Of a DNA stretch of 64,000 nt, positions 20,849 through 32,101 are shown in pieces; position 1 is the first letter of the stretch; the number at the start of each line of letters is the position of its first letter. The stretch is from an uncultured Gemmatimonadaceae bacterium (GTDB lineage: Bacteria > Gemmatimonadota > Gemmatimonadetes > Gemmatimonadales > Gemmatimonadaceae): positions 1,728,001 through 1,792,000 of the forward strand of contig CAVUDW010000003.1 of NCBI GenBank assembly GCA_963740355.1, read 5' to 3'. The notes beneath the pieces are model-generated. The model searched no databases. It was not told where the DNA came from and worked only from the letters and a program-made list of their open reading frames with translations. The translations under genes and the position numbers were made by a program.

Positions 20849-22069
20849 TCACCCGATCAGCGCGGGGTCGATGCCCCGGGTCTGGAAGATGCGCGCCACG
20901 GCCTCGCCGATCTTGTTGTTCGGCGTGCTGGCACCAGCCGTGATGCCGATGCGCACCTTGCCTGTGCCCGGCATCCACTGCGGCTGCGTCTTCTCTTCCA
21001 TGTGCAACCCGATCGGGCGGTAGCGCACCACCCCGGTCGCCGGATCGATGCCTTCCGCATCTTCCACATGATAGGTCGCGACCTTGTCAGCGCAGATGGC
21101 AGCCAACGACAACGTGTTGCTCGAATTGTAGCCGCCCACCACCAGCATCACGTCGAGTGGCTCCTGCAGCAATTCATCGACGGCATCCTGCCGATCCTGC
21201 GTCGCAGAACAGATCGTATCGAAGGTGCGGAAATGGGTCTCCCGATACTCCGCGCCATGGGCGCGGGCCATCGCCTGGCCAACTTCTTCGCCAATCGCCA
21301 GCGATTCACGCGCCAGCATGGTCGTCTGGTTCGCCACACCGATCCGCTGCAGGTGCAGGTCTGGATCAAAACCCGGCGAGGCTCGATCGGCAGCGAACTT
21401 CTCGAGGAATGCGTCGCGATTCCACTTCCCCTCGATGTAGTCGCACACCAGCCGCGCCTCGGCCATGTCACGCACCACCAGGTAGCGCCCCTCAGGGTAC
21501 TTCTGCACCTGGGACGCCGTCGCGCGCGTCTCCTCGTGATAGTGCTTGCCATGGATCAGCGACGTGAACCCATCGCGCGCGTATTTCTCCACGCGCTTCC
21601 AGACATTCAGCACCGAGCCACAGGTCGTATCCACCATGATGCAGCCCAACTCTCGCAGCGTCTCGAAATCCTGGATCGTGACACCGAACGCCGGCAGGAT
21701 CACCACGTCGTCAGGCTGCACGATGCCATAGTCGAAGCCGGTGCCCTTGGCCTGCAGGAAGGTGATGTCCATCTCCCGCAGCTTGTGGTTCACATGCGGA
21801 TTGTGGATGATCTCGCCCGCCAGGAACACCCGACGGTCAGGAAACTTCCGGCGGGTCTGATAGGCGTACTCCACCGCCCGCTCCACGCCGTAGCAGAAGC
21901 CAAACTCCTTGGCCAGGCGCACCGTGACGTCGCCAGAGGTCAGCGTGTAGTCGCTGGCCCGCAGCAGGTCCACCAGTCGGCCCGTGTAGTCGTCCGCCAG
22001 GGTGTCCTGTACGTCGGCCTTCAGGCCAAAGCCCTTTCGGTAATACGTCTCTTCGTCGGTCGATGACAT
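20849..22069 (-). CDS. ispH: 4-hydroxy-3-methylbut-2-enyl diphosphate reductase (long form)
   Basis: FGFCYGVERA, IIHNP, DTTCGSV, HEET, NQTTM, DTICSATQDRQ, GGYNSSNT, GITAGASTP. Confidence 0.95.
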   Translation of the reverse strand: MSSTDEETYYRKGFGLKADVQDTLADDYTGRLVDLLRASDYTLTSGDVTVRLAKEFGFCYGVERAVEYAYQTRRKFPDRRVFLAGEIIHNPHVNHKLREMDITFLQAKGTGFDYGIVQPDDVVILPAFGVTIQDFETLRELGCIMVDTTCGSVLNVWKRVEKYARDGFTSLIHGKHYHEETRATASQVQKYPEGRYLVVRDMAEARLVCDYIEGKWNRDAFLEKFAADRASPGFDPDLHLQRIGVANQTTMLARESLAIGEEVGQAMARAHGAEYRETHFRTFDTICSATQDRQDAVDELLQEPLDVMLVVGGYNSSNTLSLAAICADKVATYHVEDAEGIDPATGVVRYRPIGLHMEEKTQPQWMPGTGKVRIGITAGASTPNNKIGEAVARIFQTRGIDPALIG

Positions 22070-22256
22070 GCCCGGAATCTAGCGCAGCAGGGCGAGGTTG
22101 CCCCGTCCGGCCGGCGAGCGACGGACGGCGGCCCGAGCTGGCCAACGCCGGCTCCCGCTGGGTGACCGCCGGATGACCGCCGGGTGACGAGCCCGGCGCT
22201 GTGGCGGGGCTCCCCAGGGGCAGGTACGATTCCGCGCTCCTTCCACCGCGCCCGTC

Positions 22257-24974
22257 ATGCTCGCTCGTTGCCCGTCCTTGCGCCGCCGTGCCGCCCAGCG
22301 CGCGTGCTTCTGTGCTGCCGTCGTGCTGTCGCCGCACGCGGCGCAGGCCCAGGCCAGCCGCGACACCGTCGCGCGTCCGCCAGCCGACGCCCCGTACCGC
22401 GACGCCTCGCGCACCCCAGCCGACCGAGCGCAGGACCTGCTGCGTCGCATGACCGCCGAGGAGAAGTTCTGGCAGCTCTTCATGATTCCAGGCGACCGCG
22501 ACGACCCGGCACAGGACTACTCGCATGGCGCCTACGGCTTGCAGGTCAGCATGCCGGCTGGCCAGCGCGCCGAGTCAGCGCGAAGCGACACACTCGACCC
22601 CTCGGCCAGCGCACGCGCCCACAGTGAGCGCATCAACGCATTGCAGCGCTGGTTCGTGGGCAGCACGCGTCTCGGCATCCCGCTCATTCCATTCGAGGAG
22701 GCATTGCACGGGCTCGGCCGGGAAGGCAGCACGACCTTTCCACAGGCGATTGGCCTCGCCGCAACGTGGGACACGGCACTGGTGTCGCGCGTGGCAACGG
22801 CGATCGCTGCTGAAGCGCGGAGCCGCGGTATCCGCCACGCATTGTCACCCGTGATCAACATCGCGAACGATCCACGCTGGGGCCGCGTCGAGGAGACGTA
22901 CGGTGAAGATCCGTGGCTGACATCCGCGATGGCGCGCGCCTACATCCGCCCCTTCGAGTCGGCCGGTGTCGTCACGACGCCAAAACACTTCGTCGCCAAC
23001 GTCGGTGACGGTGGTCGCGACAGCTACCCCATCGAGTTCAGCCCACGCCAGCTCGCCGAGCGCTACTTCCCGCCATTCCTCTCCTCGATCCGTGATGCGG
23101 GCGCACGCTCGGTGATGAGTGCGTACAACTCGGTCGATGGTTCACCCGCCTCACAGAATCGCGCGCTGCTCACCGACGTACTGCGCCGCGACTGGGGCTT
23201 CACCGGTGTCGTGATCTCGGACGCATCGGCAGTCGGAGGATCGACCGTCCTGCACAACACCGACTCCACGACGGGCGTCGCGTTTCGGCGCGCGATCGAG
23301 GCGGGGCTCGATGTGGTCTTCGAGTCGTCCTATCGTCAGCATCGCTCCTATCTCAACGGTTTCCGCAACGCCGGCATCGAACCGGCGGCAATCGACAGCG
23401 CCGTTGCCCGTGTGCTGCGCCTGAAGTTTGCACTCGGCCTCTTTGAGAAGTGGGAGACGGATCCCTCGATTGCCGCACGTGAAGCCCGCTCCGCCACGCA
23501 CCGCGCCATCGCGCGTGAAGCCGCGGCCGCCTCGATCGTGCTGCTCCGCAACGAGCGCTCGCGGCTTCCGCTCAGCGCAACGGCACGACGTATCGCCCTC
23601 ATCGGCAGTGATGCGACGGAGGGCAGGCCCGGCGGTTATGCCCCTCCAGGCGCTCGCCTCGTCACCATCGCCGACGGCATTCGCGCCGGCGCACCACAGG
23701 GCAGCGTCATTCGCGTGGCCGCCGGCGTGCCGCGGCTCTGGTCCCCCTACAGCACCGTCCCAGCCTCTGCCTTCACCTCTGGCAGCGACAGCGGCCTTCG
23801 CGCCGACTACTGGAACAACAGCAGCCTCGAAGGGGCACCGACCGTTTCACGTATCGATCGGGAGCTCAACTTCGCGTGGACACTCTATGCCCCCGCGGCC
23901 AACCTCCCGTTCGACTGGTATTCGGCCCGCTGGGCCGCGACGCTGACCGCACCACCATCAGGTGTGCGCACGCTCGCTGTTGCGGGCAATGACGGCTATC
24001 GCTTGTACATCGACGGCCGATTGGTCGTGGACAACTGGCTCAAGGCGTCGTTTGGCACGCGCCCTGTGACCGTCAATTTCTTGCCGCGATCGCGACATGC
24101 GATTCGGCTCGAGTATCACGAAACCACCGGCTCGGCGCGCCTGCGATTGCTGTGGGACGCTGGCGTACACGATCCGAATCCGACGGCGATCGCCGAAGCC
24201 GTGCGCCTCGCGCGCAACAGCGATGTGGCGATCATCGCAGCCGGGATCGAAGAAGGTGAATTCCGCGATCGCGCAGAACTGGGATTGCCCGGTGAACAGG
24301 AAGCGCTGATCCGTGCCGTCGCCGCCACCGGCACGCCTGTCGTGGTCGTGCTGGTGGGAGGGAGCGCGATCACCATGCCATGGCTGTCGCAAGTCGACGC
24401 CGTCTTGAACGTCTGGTATCCAGGCTTGGAGGGAGGGCACGCGGTGAGCGATGCGCTGTTCGGGCGCGTGAATCCAGCCGGCCGCTTGCCGCTCACCTTT
24501 CCCCTGCACGAAGGCCAGGTGCCGCTGTACTACGCGCACAAGCCCACTGGTCGTGGTGATGACTACCTCGACCTCACTGGGCTCCCACTCTTTCCCTTTG
24601 GCTTCGGCCTCAGCTACACGCGCTTCGCGTACGACAGCCTGTCAGTCGAGGTGCACCCATCGTCAGACTCTGTGGCACTGCAGGTCTCGGCGGTCATTCG
24701 CAACACGGGCGGTCGATCGGGCGACGAGGTAGTGCAGTTGTATCTGCACGATGTGCTCGCAAGCGTCGTGCGCCCGGTGACGGAACTGGCCGGGTTTGCC
24801 AGAATTACCCTCGCCCCCGGAGAATCGCGTCGGGTCACGTTCGCAGTGACGCGCGCACAGTTGAGCTTTCTCGACGCCACGATGACACGTGTGGTCGAGC
24901 CGGGCCGGCTGCGCGTGACGATCGGCGCATCATCGGTGGACATCCGGCTGCGACAGGAAGTCGAAATTCGGTGA
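22257..24974 (+). CDS. GH3 beta-glucosidase/xylosidase with PA14 and Fn3 domains
   Basis: EEALHG, FPQAIGLAATWD, DPRWGRVEETYGEDP, KHF, VISD, PA14 insert, FPFGFGLSYT, GDEVVQLY. Confidence 0.93.
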   Translation: MLARCPSLRRRAAQRACFCAAVVLSPHAAQAQASRDTVARPPADAPYRDASRTPADRAQDLLRRMTAEEKFWQLFMIPGDRDDPAQDYSHGAYGLQVSMPAGQRAESARSDTLDPSASARAHSERINALQRWFVGSTRLGIPLIPFEEALHGLGREGSTTFPQAIGLAATWDTALVSRVATAIAAEARSRGIRHALSPVINIANDPRWGRVEETYGEDPWLTSAMARAYIRPFESAGVVTTPKHFVANVGDGGRDSYPIEFSPRQLAERYFPPFLSSIRDAGARSVMSAYNSVDGSPASQNRALLTDVLRRDWGFTGVVISDASAVGGSTVLHNTDSTTGVAFRRAIEAGLDVVFESSYRQHRSYLNGFRNAGIEPAAIDSAVARVLRLKFALGLFEKWETDPSIAAREARSATHRAIAREAAAASIVLLRNERSRLPLSATARRIALIGSDATEGRPGGYAPPGARLVTIADGIRAGAPQGSVIRVAAGVPRLWSPYSTVPASAFTSGSDSGLRADYWNNSSLEGAPTVSRIDRELNFAWTLYAPAANLPFDWYSARWAATLTAPPSGVRTLAVAGNDGYRLYIDGRLVVDNWLKASFGTRPVTVNFLPRSRHAIRLEYHETTGSARLRLLWDAGVHDPNPTAIAEAVRLARNSDVAIIAAGIEEGEFRDRAELGLPGEQEALIRAVAATGTPVVVVLVGGSAITMPWLSQVDAVLNVWYPGLEGGHAVSDALFGRVNPAGRLPLTFPLHEGQVPLYYAHKPTGRGDDYLDLTGLPLFPFGFGLSYTRFAYDSLSVEVHPSSDSVALQVSAVIRNTGGRSGDEVVQLYLHDVLASVVRPVTELAGFARITLAPGESRRVTFAVTRAQLSFLDATMTRVVEPGRLRVTIGASSVDIRLRQEVEIR

Positions 24975-25159
24975 CCGGGATCGTGAGCGTCCCCACCGAT
25001 GCCCAGCTCCGCGCCGGTGGCCGGCCGCCCTGATGTGCCACGGTGCAAGCGCCCGTGGCCCGCAGCGGCCTCCTCACGAGGGAGTGCCAGGCACGGCCAG
25101 TGACGGCTCCCTTTGCTTGCGCCAACGCATTCCGCGGGTAACGTCGAATTATCCCCTCC

Positions 25160-25846
25160 GTGAAGGTCCCTGTGTCCGCACTCGTCGTCGCCCCATCCGA
25201 TCGCCGAACGTTCATCTTCGTGGGTGATCGTCTCTGGCTCGATTTCGTCAACACCGACGACATCGAGCTCGGTGTGCGCCGTGACGCACTCCGGGACTTT
25301 GGTACCATGCTGGAGTGGCTGGCTGCCGTCGGCGTCATCGACCACGACCGACGCGTTGCGATCATGCGGCGCGCCGAGCAGCAGCCTGCCGGTGCCACTG
25401 CCGCACTCCTCGATGCACGACGCGTTCGCAGCGCACTTCGAGCGCTCGCTGAACATGGGGCGGTTTCCAACGACGCCCGCACCGAGGCCGTCGCCGAGAT
25501 CAATCGCGTCCTTGGACGCAGCGCTGGAACGCGTCGCCTCGAGATTTCGCCGGACGGTGTCTACACACGAAACTTCGTCGCCGGCGGTGATGCATTCGCC
25601 GCGCTGATGATGCCGATCGTCGATGACGGTGCCGACTCGCTGATCGCGGGCGAGCTGGGCCGCGTGCGGTGCTGCAGCGATCCACGGTGCCGCCGTGTCT
25701 TCCTCGACAGCACCAAGAACGGGCGCCGTCGCTGGTGCGACATGGCCACCTGTGGCAACCGGGCGAAGGCGGCACGGCATCGCGCACGCGAACCGCTGCG
25801 GGCTCCGCCAACTCAACAGACGTTCCGACCGATCACTGCGTCGTAG
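25160..25846 (+). CDS. ABATE/CGNR zinc-finger protein
   Basis: LWLDFVNT and C-terminal CSDPRCRRVFLDSTKNGRRRWCDMATCGNRAK. Confidence 0.92.
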   Translation: MKVPVSALVVAPSDRRTFIFVGDRLWLDFVNTDDIELGVRRDALRDFGTMLEWLAAVGVIDHDRRVAIMRRAEQQPAGATAALLDARRVRSALRALAEHGAVSNDARTEAVAEINRVLGRSAGTRRLEISPDGVYTRNFVAGGDAFAALMMPIVDDGADSLIAGELGRVRCCSDPRCRRVFLDSTKNGRRRWCDMATCGNRAKAARHRAREPLRAPPTQQTFRPITAS

Positions 25847-25872
25847 TCCTGCAGCTGGATCACGGAACGATC

Positions 25873-25918
25873 AGCGCCCGTCGACTCACCAACCTGAGTC
25901 CGACGGGCGCTTCACTTT
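25873..25918. terminator. Probable intrinsic terminator hairpin
   Basis: AGCGCCCGTCG-ACTCA / TGAGT-C-CGACGGGCGCT followed by TCACTTT, between convergent genes. Confidence 0.6.
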
Positions 25919-25948
25919 GTGCACTACGATCAGCCCACCGCGAGCAGG

Positions 25949-26653
25949 CTACGCGGCTTCCGGCACCGACTTGATGTAGCCCATGTCCATGGCATACCCA
26001 ACGAGCTTCTTCTGCAGGATGCGTCGGCCGCGGAAGAGGCGACTCTTCACCGTTCCCTCGGGCACGCCGAGGATGTGTGCGATCTCTGCATAGCGCAGCT
26101 CGTGGATGTCGCTCAACACCACCGCCGTGCGGTATTCGTCCGGGAGGTTGTCGATTGCCGAGGTGATCTCAGCATCGAGAAACGTCTCGTAGAAGCGCGC
26201 TTCCGGATTCAGCTCGCCCACCGGTTCGAAGGCGCCCCAGCCCTCGGTCTCGTCAGTCGCCTGGACTTCGCGCGCATCGATCCGACGCTTCCGGCTCACG
26301 AAGACGTGGTAGAGAATCGTGAACAGCCAAGCGCGAATGTTCGTCCCCAGGCGGTACTGCTCCCACCGCTCGAATGCCCGCAGGATGGTGTCAGACACCA
26401 GATCCTCGGCGTCATCCCGCGAGCGCGACAGTTTCAGTGCGAAGCTGTACATCGCATCCAGGTGCACCAGCGCCTCTTCCTCGAACCGGGCGCGTCCTTC
26501 GAGCGGCTGGCCCACGCGCGAGGCTGGTCCCGCTTCCGTTCCTGCCCGTTCCCGACGCTGCGTTGCAGCCATGTTGCGCTCCAGAGTGGATCCAGCCGAG
26601 TTGTCCGTCACTGCGCTCCGTCGCCCGGGGCGCTGGTCTTTGGCGTCATGCAT
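25949..26653 (-). CDS. ECF sigma-70 factor (SigR/SigH-like)
   Basis: DAEDLVSDT, GTNIRAWLFTIL (region 2) and YAEIAHILGVPEGTVKSRLFRGR (region 4). Start may instead be 26572. Confidence 0.92.
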   Translation of the reverse strand: MHDAKDQRPGRRSAVTDNSAGSTLERNMAATQRRERAGTEAGPASRVGQPLEGRARFEEEALVHLDAMYSFALKLSRSRDDAEDLVSDTILRAFERWEQYRLGTNIRAWLFTILYHVFVSRKRRIDAREVQATDETEGWGAFEPVGELNPEARFYETFLDAEITSAIDNLPDEYRTAVVLSDIHELRYAEIAHILGVPEGTVKSRLFRGRRILQKKLVGYAMDMGYIKSVPEAA

Positions 26654-26656
26654 TCG

Positions 26657-27274
26657 TCACACCCCGCCGTTCGGATGCACCGGTGATGCGGGCTCTCGCA
26701 CATACGTCGCGATGAAGCGCTTCAGATCGGTGGCAATCCCTTCCAGCAACGCGATGTCACGCTTGACGCGCGACATCATGAGGCCGCCCTCGAGCGTCGC
26801 GATGATGAATCGCGACAGACGCACCGCATCCACATCCTCGACCAACTGCGGACGCGCCTCCCACAACAGCGACTGGATCTGACTCGCCCAGCGGATGAAG
26901 ACATCCGCGATGCGGAGACGGAACCCTTCGTGCGCGTCCGCCATCTCGGCGGCGAGCGTGCCGAACGGCGAACCGCCATGACAACCGCGTGCAGCCTGAG
27001 CGGCGACCAGTGAATCGATGAACAGGTGCAACCGCTCCAGCGGGTCGATCATCGGCTCGCGCAGGATGGCGAGACCGCGTTCGGCGAACCGCTCGAACTG
27101 CCGATCGAGCACCTCGAATCCCAACTCTTCCTTGCTGCGGAAGTAGTGGTAGAAGTGGCTCTTGCCGCTGAGCCTCGACTCCTTGATCACATCGTCGATC
27201 GAAGTCGCGGAGTAGCCCTGCCGACCAATGAGGACGGCGGCTGCGTCGAGGATTTGAGAGCGGCGAGTGTTCAC
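26657..27274 (-). CDS. TetR/AcrR family regulator (NemR-like C-terminal domain)
   Basis: ILDAA..GYSATSIDDVI..KSHFYHYFRSKEEL. GTG start 7 nt after TACTTT. Confidence 0.9.
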   Translation of the reverse strand: MNTRRSQILDAAAVLIGRQGYSATSIDDVIKESRLSGKSHFYHYFRSKEELGFEVLDRQFERFAERGLAILREPMIDPLERLHLFIDSLVAAQAARGCHGGSPFGTLAAEMADAHEGFRLRIADVFIRWASQIQSLLWEARPQLVEDVDAVRLSRFIIATLEGGLMMSRVKRDIALLEGIATDLKRFIATYVREPASPVHPNGGV

Positions 27275-27285
27275 GGAAGTGAAAG

Positions 27286-27303
27286 TAGGACCGTTCGGTC
27301 CTA
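27286..27303. promoter_or_regulatory. Putative TetR autoregulatory operator overlapping the -10 element
   Basis: Perfect palindrome TAGGACCG-TT-CGGTCCTA 11 bp before the tetR start, resembling the NemR-type TAGACC-N4-GGTCTA site. Confidence 0.7.
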
Positions 27304-27418
27304 AACGCAAGTGCCATCGGTCGCAATTTCGCAAAACCTTGTCAATCAATGGCTTATACGACGATCGGCGTGCCGGATACCACCCGACACGCCGATTTCC
27401 GGACACCAGACCAGAACC

Positions 27419-30077
27419 TTATCGCCCTTTTCGTCCACGCTTCTTCGGCGGGATGACGGAGCGCCGCTCTTTCCCGCGCTGGTACTCCTCGCGCGACCGC
27501 TCCCTGCCGCTTTTGCGCTCACCATAGCTGTCGCTCAGCGTTGCCAGTTCGTCAGGCATCCACGGCGCGTCGAGGGCGTCTTGCAGCTCCTCGAGCGTTC
27601 GGCCACGAGCCGAGCCGCGCTGCCCGCGGACTACCACGAACCGATACGGCCGGTCGAAGGGCGGCAACTCTTCAGCCACCAGCGTCCGCGCCAGCTTCTC
27701 CGGGAGCCGCAACCGTGCCACGCCGAAAAAGCTGCCGTCGTCGCGCTCTTCCGCGTCGTACTCGATCGGCACCTGACGGTCACGCACCATCAACTGATGC
27801 GGCAGGTCGTCGTACTGTGCGCGCTGCTCCGGCGTGATCCAGTCATCCCACGACATCCGCAGCTGCAGGTGCTTCAGGTCGTGCACCGACTCCACCGCGG
27901 CCAGGCGCTCGCGGTACCACGCGGCGACTTCGGCCTGTGACGCGCGAGGCGTGACGCCGCCGCTGCGACGCCAGACTTCGCGTGCTTCGGCGATCATCGG
28001 ACGATTGCGCTCGACGGCCGGGTGACGTGCACGTTCGGTGGCGAATGCGTCCGCCAGCACGTCACGCGCCGCGTCGGCATTTTCCGGCGTGAAGTCGGTC
28101 AGGACTTCCGTTTCCCGCTCGAGCTCGAAACCGCCGTAGGTGACGCGCCGTGTACGAACCAGCTGGCCCTGCTTCTTGTGCGGATCGTACGCGATCGACG
28201 ATTCGCCGTAGTTCGCAAACCGACGAAGCAACGCCGGCGCGATCTGCGTGCCTTCGATCGACGCGCGCGGAATGCCCATGCGGTCGGCGAAGAAGCGCAG
28301 CGTACCAGCCACCGCGCCCCAGCTGCCACACACGCTGGTCTTGCCCACGCGAGCCGACTCGCCCCATGCAGTCTCCTCGTCGATCACGAGGTCGAACGGC
28401 ATCACCTGCGCCAGCAGTTCGGTGAATCGCGCGCGGGTCGCCTCGGTGGCCTTCGGCAGCACCTTGGGGAGCGGCGTATTGAGCGAGCGATAGACACTGG
28501 CCATCGCCAGCGCCGCATCCTCCAGCGACTTCACCAGCACCCCCTTCACCTCGGCCCACTCCGCGATCTCGTCGTGAAAGAGCTGTCGCGGCAGCCCGTA
28601 CACATCGCCGACATAGCCGTACTTCGTGAAGGCTTCGGCGTAGACGTTGTACGCGGTGAGGTGATCGCTGCCCGGAATCAGCATGCCATCCAGGTTGCGA
28701 TCTTCTCGCGTCATGCGATGCAGGCTTTCCACGCCGCTCATGACTGCCACGAACGGCACCAGGTCGTCATCGCTGTTCACCAGCAGCTCAGCCCACGGGC
28801 GTTCCACCGGCATCTTCTCGACGGCGCGACCGTAGTCGGTCAGAGCGGCCGTTGGCCACGATGTTGCGCGTTTCCAGCAGGGCGATTGCACGCCGGTACG
28901 CGATCTTGTCCAGCGGCACCGGAAGTTCGAGGTCGTCGGCACGCACACCGATGGCAGCGCAGGTGATCGCGACGCGTTCGCTGTCACCGGCAAGCTGGAA
29001 CTCCGGCAGCTCGGGCTTCAGCTGCTCGAACGGAATGCGACGATCGGAGAGGATGAACACCCGTCCGCCCGCCACACGACCGTGCACACGCCCTGCCATC
29101 TGCAGCAGCTCGTTGGCGCCGAGGTGCACACGCGTGAGCACGTTGCGCCCCTTGTCGACCATGTTCGTGAAACGGGTGTCGTCGATGATCACGGTGTCGA
29201 GCCCCTGCACCGTGATCGCGCTTTGCCCTGCGGCAGTCATCGAGAGAAAGAACGGCTTCTGCACGCCCCCTTCATCGAGATACTGTCGAATCACGCGAAT
29301 CGGCTCACCGCCGTGATAGTGCTGCGCATGAATCTTCGGGTAACTCTCCTGCACATGGCGCGCGGCATCCTCCGTACCCGCGCGCGTGGGCAGGAACATC
29401 GCCACGCCACGTCGTTCGGCGATCACCTTCTTGAGGAACTTGTCGTCCAGAAAGTCCGCCGGGCTGCGCGTCAGGACCTCCACCTTCGCCTTCTTCGCTT
29501 CGTCGAAGCTGTAGACCTCGAGCACATCTCCGCTGTCGAGATACTTCGAGTAGAACGACGGATCGACGGTTGCCGAAAGCCAGATGTAGCGGCAGCGCGC
29601 ACGCTTGCCGAGCGCCAGGCAAAGTTCGAGTTCGGCCGAAGTCTGGTGGATCTCGTCGACCACCACCGTGTCCTTCTCGTCGATGTCACCGTCCTGGAAC
29701 CAGCGGCGCGCGATGCCGGTGGTGACGATGATCACGTTCCATTGCGGCGTGTCTGGCGTCGCTTCCCGTTCGCGGTTGACGACGCCGACTTTCAGCTCCT
29801 CGCCGAGGATCGTCTCCGCGATTGGTCGCACGGCGAGCGTCTTGCCGGTGCCGGTGCCGGCGACGATGCCGAAGCCCTTCCCACTCGCCGCCAGCTCGCG
29901 GAGCTTGGCGCCGTGGTGCGTCTCGAGATAGGTCGGGATGTTGAGCGTGAACGCCAGCTCAATCGTTTCGCAGGCCGCGCGCGTCGGCGCGATGATGATG
30001 ATGCGGCCACGCGGCGGACGGGCCGCCTTGAATGCTTCGTGGTCGGGCGGCAGGTATCGGTCGCGGGTGTCACGCAT
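27419..30077 (-). pseudogene. SF2 DExH-box (HrpA/HrpB-like) helicase; one +1 frameshift at ~28844 (probably an artefact)
   Basis: GTGTGKT, VVDEIH, LSAT, FLPT, QMAGRVHGR. The two ORFs join at NGR|LTDYGR (HA2-like). Confidence 0.8.
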
Positions 30078-30137
30078 GCAACCAAGTTACGTTGCCGACG
30101 AGCGAGCCACAGGGCTGACACCTCCCCACTCCACGTC

Positions 30138-32091
30138 CTACCTCCGTCCCGCCCGCCGAATCGCCTGCGCTTCCGGACTCTTCGGCAACGAATCCCCCCA
30201 GAAGCCTTCACCGCTTCGACTCGGATCCGTATCGAGCAGCCCGCGGTAGGCACGATCAGCGTCGCGCACGGCGGCCCGCCGCTGTATGGCAGTCACGCCG
30301 GGTCGAGCGAAGTACGAGGCGTACGCCGTGAGTGCCATCAGGCGCTCCGAACCACCGCGCAGGTAGTCGTACATCCGCCGACGCTCTTCGCTGCGCGACC
30401 ACGGCAAGTCCCACGGTTCCGCCTCATGCTCCGGTGCCAGCGCATAGTCGCGGTACATCATGCCCCGGTAGAAGTAGCGCGTCGCCTCGTAAAACAGCTG
30501 GCCATTGTATGAGCCGAGCGCTTGCGCAAAGCGCTGAAGCCCGGCGTTCGACACCGTGTCACGCGATAGCGTGGAAATCCTGGTGTAGCGCGTGGCACGG
30601 GCCGCATCGATCGGACGCACGATGGCCGCTGCCTCATCCCACTTGCCCGATCGCGCCGCGCGATTCGCCAGTACCAGTCGAGCCTCGCGCACAACTGCCG
30701 CATCGCGCGATGACAGCAGCGTGCCCGCAACACTGTCAGGCGCCAGCACGCGCAACATGTAACGCTTCGTCCACGGATCGACGTTCGGCACCTGCAATGC
30801 CATTCCCCACTCGCCGCGCAGCATGTGGATCCGTGCCGCGAGCATCGCCGCGTCGACATACAGCAGCGAGTCACGCTGCTGGGTGATCGGCTTCGCGGTG
30901 AACTTCGCCGCGTCGTCCAGTCGATTGGCCCGCAGCATGTTCACGGCCCACATGTAACGCCAGAACGGTGGCGCCGATTCGCGCCAGGCGGGGAACCCTG
31001 GTGGCAGGGTGCGCGTGGCGACCGAATCGCTGGCGAGCGACGCCATCAGGCGCTCCTCGAGCGCCTCGGCCCAGGGCGCAGTCCGGTTCGCGGTCGCCAG
31101 CGCCATCAATGCCGGCCATGCGTCCGCCGATGGACGCAGGTTGCCGACCAGCGCGGCTCGAAGTTCGTTCGGCACAGTCGCGTCGGTCAGCATTCGCTCC
31201 GGCGCAGCAAAGCCCACCAGGAGCAGGTAGCGCATTTCCGCGCCTGCACGTGCCGGGAACTCCTTGTAGAGCGCGATCGCCGTGCTCCACGCACTGTCAC
31301 GTTGTGACGACAGGAAAAAGAGCCGCAGGCGCGCAAACTTCACCAGGCCGGCGTATGGATGCGCCGGATACTTCGCGAGCCAGGCGCGATGGGCCAGGTG
31401 CAGGCTGTCCCACAACGCCGCCGGTACCTGCTTGGTGATCTCTTCGCGTGTATCGTCCGGAATGCGGTTGCGAATGGCCAGGCGCAGCGCAGCGTACTCC
31501 AGCGACGCGCGGCGAAGCGAGTTCGGCTCGCGCGCCAGCACTGCCGGCATCGAATCCACCGGCACGGCGCGCAACGGCGCCGCCAATTTCGCAAAAGCCA
31601 CCTTGCGCGTCGCAACAGGTTCTGATGCAACCGCCGGCGCCAGTTCGATCGTCTCCACTGCAAGCCGCAACGCAGCGTCCCTCGCCGAGTCTTCCGCCGC
31701 GGGCAGCGCCATCACGCGATCGACGACCTGCTGCGCCGCTTTCGCCGCAGCGACTGCATCGCTCGCGCGCCCACGCTGCATCGATTGCGTCCGTGGTCGG
31801 CTCGGCAATGCGCGGTTTCGTCAGCGTATCCCACCAGAACGGCTGCAGCGGGGACCGACCGAGCAGTGGCGCAAAACGTACCGAGTCGGCGCGCAGCAGG
31901 CCGGGCAGGAAGCGCACCTCGGCGCGCGTGTACGATTCAAAATCGAGCACCGGGCTGATCGCACGTTCCGCGAAGGTCGCCGCACTGAACAGCGGTCCGT
32001 CAACGTTGTAGACCTCGGAACCGCCGCAGGGAAATGCGACCGTCGCCACACACATCAACATCACCGGCACCAGCGCCGTCCGTCGGATCAT
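30138..32091 (-). pseudogene. Large secreted alpha-helical hypothetical protein (DUF3142 partner); +1 frameshift at ~31763
   Basis: Signal peptide ending AFPCGG. ORFs 31297-32091 and 30138-31808 join at AAWAR|xDAVAAAK. Confidence 0.6.
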
Positions 32092-32101
32092 GCAGTCACA
32101 C

